Positions 35,762 to 39,128 of a stretch of 39,128 nt of DNA are shown one piece after another. Position numbers and translations under genes: made by a program. Under the pieces are notes generated by a model. That model had not been told where the DNA came from and ran no database searches. It saw nothing but the letters and a program-made list of their open reading frames with translations. Positions within the stretch are counted from its first letter, which is position 1; every line of letters begins with the position of its first letter. This stretch comes from a virus. Its lineage: Duplodnaviria > Caudoviricetes. The stretch covers positions 1-39,128 of IMG/VR virus record IMGVR_UViG_3300039208_000040; one strand, given 5' to 3'.

Positions 35762-37336
35762 CTAAACTACTCCACCAAATTTACTATTGAATTTAAGGCT
35801 GCTTGTCACTGCACCTTCGTCTTCCCGTGTCGGTCGTCTTGGCCGTTTCACGTAGTCGCCTGATACACATGACGCGAAGGCATCTTTGATATCATCATGT
35901 TCTGGATTGTCCAATTGTAACTCCTCTTCCAGTAGAGTACAAAGTCCTCCCTTGTAATGGTACACCTGATTCTCCTCATACTTGGGAGTCAGTGCTGCCT
36001 CAATACGTTCTTCCTTGGCCCCGTCATACCTGTTCGGTCGGTGCTCATGTATCCTACAGGACACACCTTCCTCCGATATCAGGTCTTTCAATCCCTGACA
36101 GATTACTGCCTGTGCCGCAGTTACCTCAGCACGTAGCTGGTTAAACTCCCATTTGATAAGCATGTCCTTCAGGTTATCGAAGTACACCCGTATCTTCTTG
36201 GTCTTGAATCGGCATATATCCAAAACGTAGTAGTTGCCTTCCCAGTCAATCCCGACGACGATGATTACTGTATGGTCGGCATCAATCTTGAGACTGTACG
36301 CGAAGTCGATGGCAGCATACACCTTCAGCTTCCGGTCATTGTAATACCAGATGCCCTGCTTCATCCGTATGTGTTCACGCTTGAAGTACTGGAAGTTACT
36401 ACGGTCAAGCTTCCTGTTCTCCAAGTCATTAGGGTTGTTATAGTACTGTGCGAAGAACTGGAGGGTATCTTCGTACTTGGCCTTCTTCCGGTTGTACTCG
36501 GCCCAGTTGAATCCGAACATCTTACCGTCGGACTTACGTGCTTCACGAGGCCACAAGAACTCACCGTTAGTTTCAACCTGACGCTCGTGTACAGCGTACA
36601 CCTTCCGTGTGTCGATAGTTTCGCCTGTCTCTTCGTCGGCAATATTCTCCACCATATTCTTGAGGGAGTTGTAATGGTCTTTCGGATGGTAACGTGTACC
36701 CACGGCACACTCTACCCCTCCGGTGGTAAGTACCGATGCCAGCTGCGAACAGGCCGCTGCCACCTTCTTACGTGCATCTGAGGTGTATGCGTTGTCCGGC
36801 ACAACCACATCATCCTTAGCCAAGAACTGACAATGCCACCCTGTTGTGTTGGTGGTCAGTCCTGCTGTTGCGATTGTCGGGTCACGCACACCTTCCTTCT
36901 CTCGGTCAGGATGGTCAACACTAATCTCCTTAGTGTTCCACATTGCACGTTTACCCTTCTCAGGGTGAATCATATCTGGACTCAGGAGCCTGAAGTACTT
37001 CGACTCCATGATGTTCTGAATATCTAATAGCTGACGTTCTGCTAAACCTGAAGTCGCAGATACGTAGATGATAGTAATGGCAGGGTTCCGGTAGATTTCC
37101 CATGCACAACGGACGGCGAGACAGTGAGACTTCTGATGGTCACGAGGCATGAGGGCCAGCGTGTTATCAATCGCTTGAACTTCGGACTGTTGCCAGAATT
37201 CAAACAACTCCCTATGGCATTCACCATACACCCGGTGAGGCTCCACCGAACAAGCGAACTTCCATAAGGAGTGTTTACATTCATCGCGCAAAGCAGCCAG
37301 ACGTACATCTCTGTCCTTACTTAGCTTTTGCGTCAT
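35762..37336 (-). CDS. terL: Terminase large subunit
   Basis: Walker A PRDHQKS, DDVV, GTRY; nuclease AIDFA...HDDIKDA. Confidence 0.93.
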   Translation of the reverse strand: MTQKLSKDRDVRLAALRDECKHSLWKFACSVEPHRVYGECHRELFEFWQQSEVQAIDNTLALMPRDHQKSHCLAVRCAWEIYRNPAITIIYVSATSGLAERQLLDIQNIMESKYFRLLSPDMIHPEKGKRAMWNTKEISVDHPDREKEGVRDPTIATAGLTTNTTGWHCQFLAKDDVVVPDNAYTSDARKKVAAACSQLASVLTTGGVECAVGTRYHPKDHYNSLKNMVENIADEETGETIDTRKVYAVHERQVETNGEFLWPREARKSDGKMFGFNWAEYNRKKAKYEDTLQFFAQYYNNPNDLENRKLDRSNFQYFKREHIRMKQGIWYYNDRKLKVYAAIDFAYSLKIDADHTVIIVVGIDWEGNYYVLDICRFKTKKIRVYFDNLKDMLIKWEFNQLRAEVTAAQAVICQGLKDLISEEGVSCRIHEHRPNRYDGAKEERIEAALTPKYEENQVYHYKGGLCTLLEEELQLDNPEHDDIKDAFASCVSGDYVKRPRRPTREDEGAVTSSLKFNSKFGGVV

Positions 37337-37559
37337 TCACTAAGTCCTTAATCATGTCTTTGATTTCATCGGTATTCTTCTCCACGTTGTCCAACTGCTT
37401 TTCTATCGGCGCTAAGTGGAGCTTAATCATCTCGGTTGTCTCATCCTTCGTGTATGTCTCTGCTTGCATCTTATCTATCCTCCCAGATAGAATCTTCACC
37501 CACATCATTAACCACCCAATGGGGATGAGAAGTGCGTACTGAACCAATTCTGCTGACAT
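37317..37559 (-). CDS. Holin-like membrane protein
   Basis: Single N-terminal TM helix followed by a charged coiled coil. Confidence 0.45.
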   Translation of the reverse strand: MSAELVQYALLIPIGWLMMWVKILSGRIDKMQAETYTKDETTEMIKLHLAPIEKQLDNVEKNTDEIKDMIKDLVNDAKAK

Positions 37560-37570
37560 CTCTGCTTGCC

Positions 37571-38128
37571 TTAACCTTCGGAAGCTCGACTTAACATCTC
37601 ATCTAACTCGGCGCTACCTGAACCTTCCTTACGCTTACCGCCCTTTGCAGGTCGGCCCGGCTCTCCCGGATTATGCGTTTTACTATTCTGGAACAGTGTC
37701 CGGGCTGCGGTCACATTACCCTTCTCTGCTAACTTCACAACTACGCTACGTGCCAGAGCTTCGTCACGGACGTTCCGCTCATACTCCCAACGTGCATAGT
37801 AATCAGCGAACCACTTCGCTGCTACCAACTTCTTCCAGTGGCCGTAAGACCCCAAGAGTTTGATGGCCGCTTCATACTCACTGTCACAGGACATGTATAC
37901 CATGTACATCGAGCGGTAGGTCTTGCCGCCGATATGCACGTCATAATCCTTGAGAGTATATGGTGCTTGTACCTTCGAGGTCGTCTGGTGCCGATACTCG
38001 TAGAACAATGCTTGTGTCGAGTGACGAAGACTTAACGGTATTGGTAACTCGTCTTCTGTGCGAGGAAGTAAGTCTTCCTTCGACAGAGCATTAGTCTCTT
38101 CCGGCGTCTGTTCATCTTTCTCCTCCAT
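37571..38128 (-). CDS. Putative terminase small subunit
   Basis: Upstream of TerL; SEYEAAIKLLGSYGHW, GNVTAAR, GRP motifs. Confidence 0.55.
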   Translation of the reverse strand: MEEKDEQTPEETNALSKEDLLPRTEDELPIPLSLRHSTQALFYEYRHQTTSKVQAPYTLKDYDVHIGGKTYRSMYMVYMSCDSEYEAAIKLLGSYGHWKKLVAAKWFADYYARWEYERNVRDEALARSVVVKLAEKGNVTAARTLFQNSKTHNPGEPGRPAKGGKRKEGSGSAELDEMLSRASEG

Positions 38129-38130
38129 AG

Positions 38131-38355
38131 TTAATCCCACCCTAAGTTGTGTGTGAGTTGTGACTCATGATAATCGGCGTCCAGTGAAGGAGCGCCGTCT
38201 ATGTGACGTGCCATCAAGTTACCGCATGCGCTGCATTTCCGGTTAGCCATGTCTTCCTTCCGGGTATGCTCAATGACTTCATGCTCCCTGCAAGTCAGGC
38301 ACACGTACTCAAATGGCACCTTGATATTGCAGGCACCTTTAAAGTTAATCTTCAT
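38131..38355 (-). CDS. FmdB-like zinc-ribbon protein
   Basis: PFEYVCLTC...CSACG..MAR. Confidence 0.7.
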   Translation of the reverse strand: MKINFKGACNIKVPFEYVCLTCREHEVIEHTRKEDMANRKCSACGNLMARHIDGAPSLDADYHESQLTHNLGWD

Positions 38356-38711
38356 TGCTTATTCCTTTTGAGGTATTCCCACATCTGCGTCGGAGTAGGT
38401 AGACACAAGGTGATGAAGTTGCTGATGAGCAATGCAATGATGAGCCATGCCGGGTAGGTTACGTTAGTCACCTCCACGGTCTGGGCACCATCCACCTTAG
38501 TAGAGTTGTCGGAGTTGCCGACCACCTTGTCTACCTTATCTGATTTGACTTCTATGTTGCTGCCCACTACCTGCTCTTTATCACCGACAGTCAGTTCTGC
38601 ACTGATACCATCACTGCTTGCCCCCATTATCTTGGTGGCAGCAAAGTCTGCGACGGCAGAGCAGCCAGTTATAACTGACCCGGCAATAATGAGTTTAGTG
38701 TTACGCCACAT
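38352..38711 (-). CDS. Putative unimolecular spanin (u-spanin)
   Basis: N-terminal lipobox ITG-C, beta-rich periplasmic part, C-terminal TM helix and basic tail; same architecture as T1 gp11. Confidence 0.75.
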   Translation of the reverse strand: MWRNTKLIIAGSVITGCSAVADFAATKIMGASSDGISAELTVGDKEQVVGSNIEVKSDKVDKVVGNSDNSTKVDGAQTVEVTNVTYPAWLIIALLISNFITLCLPTPTQMWEYLKRNKQ

Positions 38712-39128
38712 TAGGACACCGTTTGTATTGCGAAAGACTTGTACTCGATAGTGGTAGTACTATCTTCAAAGATAGAACGAACCACGAAGTAGTCACCTGC
38801 TGTTACAGGGACACCGAGTGCTGTCATTGAGATACGGGGAGTGTCGTAGAAGTGGTCAGCTGAGTGACCAGCAACAGAGTTCTGAAGAACATCACTACTG
38901 TTGAAGAGTTGGATTTCTGCCCGGTTCCCGGTGCCACCGAGTACAGCAGACATTTCCAAGTGTGCGCTCACGTTAACACGAGTCACGCCAGTTGGTACAG
39001 TCAGGCGGTCATCGTTGGTTCCCAAGTCGGCAAAGCCATTGTCGTCATAAACTTCAGTGGCAAAGGACATGTTCTGGAAGCCAGCTCCGTGAGACTCAGA
39101 GGTACTGGTCTCGACGAATGCACCGTCA
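38711..39128 (-). CDS. Tail fibre C-terminal part (C1q/TNF-like), truncated by the window end
   Basis: Frame is open to the window edge; RLTVPTGVTRV...VPVTAGDYFVV. Confidence 0.65.
   Translation of the reverse strand, partial: DGAFVETSTSESHGAGFQNMSFATEVYDDNGFADLGTNDDRLTVPTGVTRVNVSAHLEMSAVLGGTGNRAEIQLFNSSDVLQNSVAGHSADHFYDTPRISMTALGVPVTAGDYFVVRSIFEDSTTTIEYKSFAIQTVS

Larger units (their letters stand above)
18..39128. mobile_element. Lytic podovirus-type bacteriophage genome, Zobellviridae-like organisation, right end incomplete
   Basis: Convergent replication (+) and structural (-) arms; TerL-portal-scaffold-MCP-tail tubular-GNAT-internal virion genes; family A polymerase; no RNAP or integrase seen. 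Confidence 0.9.

Noticed and set aside
17953-38751. Numerous + strand ORFs over the structural arm, and - strand ORFs over the replication arm
   Set aside because: Antisense shadows of long genes with Ser/Ala-biased translations and no RBS.
18-39128. Prophage or diversity-generating retroelement
   Set aside because: No integrase, repressor switch, host flanks, reverse transcriptase or TR/VR repeat pair seen.

Overview
Near-complete genome of a lytic podovirus-type dsDNA phage with a convergent two-arm layout. The + strand (about 0.8-17.7 kb) carries a structured non-coding leader, many small early genes, primase, DnaB-like helicase, family A DNA polymerase, a putative SSB, 5'-3' exonuclease, PhoH, a MazG-like NTP pyrophosphatase and an HNH nuclease. 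The - strand (39.1-17.8 kb) carries a truncated tail fibre, u-spanin, putative TerS, a holin-like protein, TerL, portal, scaffold, major capsid protein, tail nozzle/adaptor, a GNAT protein and four internal virion proteins. No RNA polymerase, integrase or clear endolysin is visible. The architecture resembles the Zobellviridae (VpV262/SIO1/ICP2-like), which is an inference from gene content and was not searched. Bases 1-17 are an untrimmed random-amplification primer. Most interesting: the tail nozzle gene appears split in two by an inserted module, namely three 17-aa RxSQSxxEVL repeats grafted onto the N-terminal fragment plus a separate 347-aa lectin-like gene, suggesting a peptide-dock/adhesin system on the tail tip. 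Also notable: two small proteins ending in the host SSB tail DDDIPF with near-identical coding DNA, apparent total avoidance of GATC, and a heavily structured 5' leader. All annotations come from motif reading by eye; no database searches were run.
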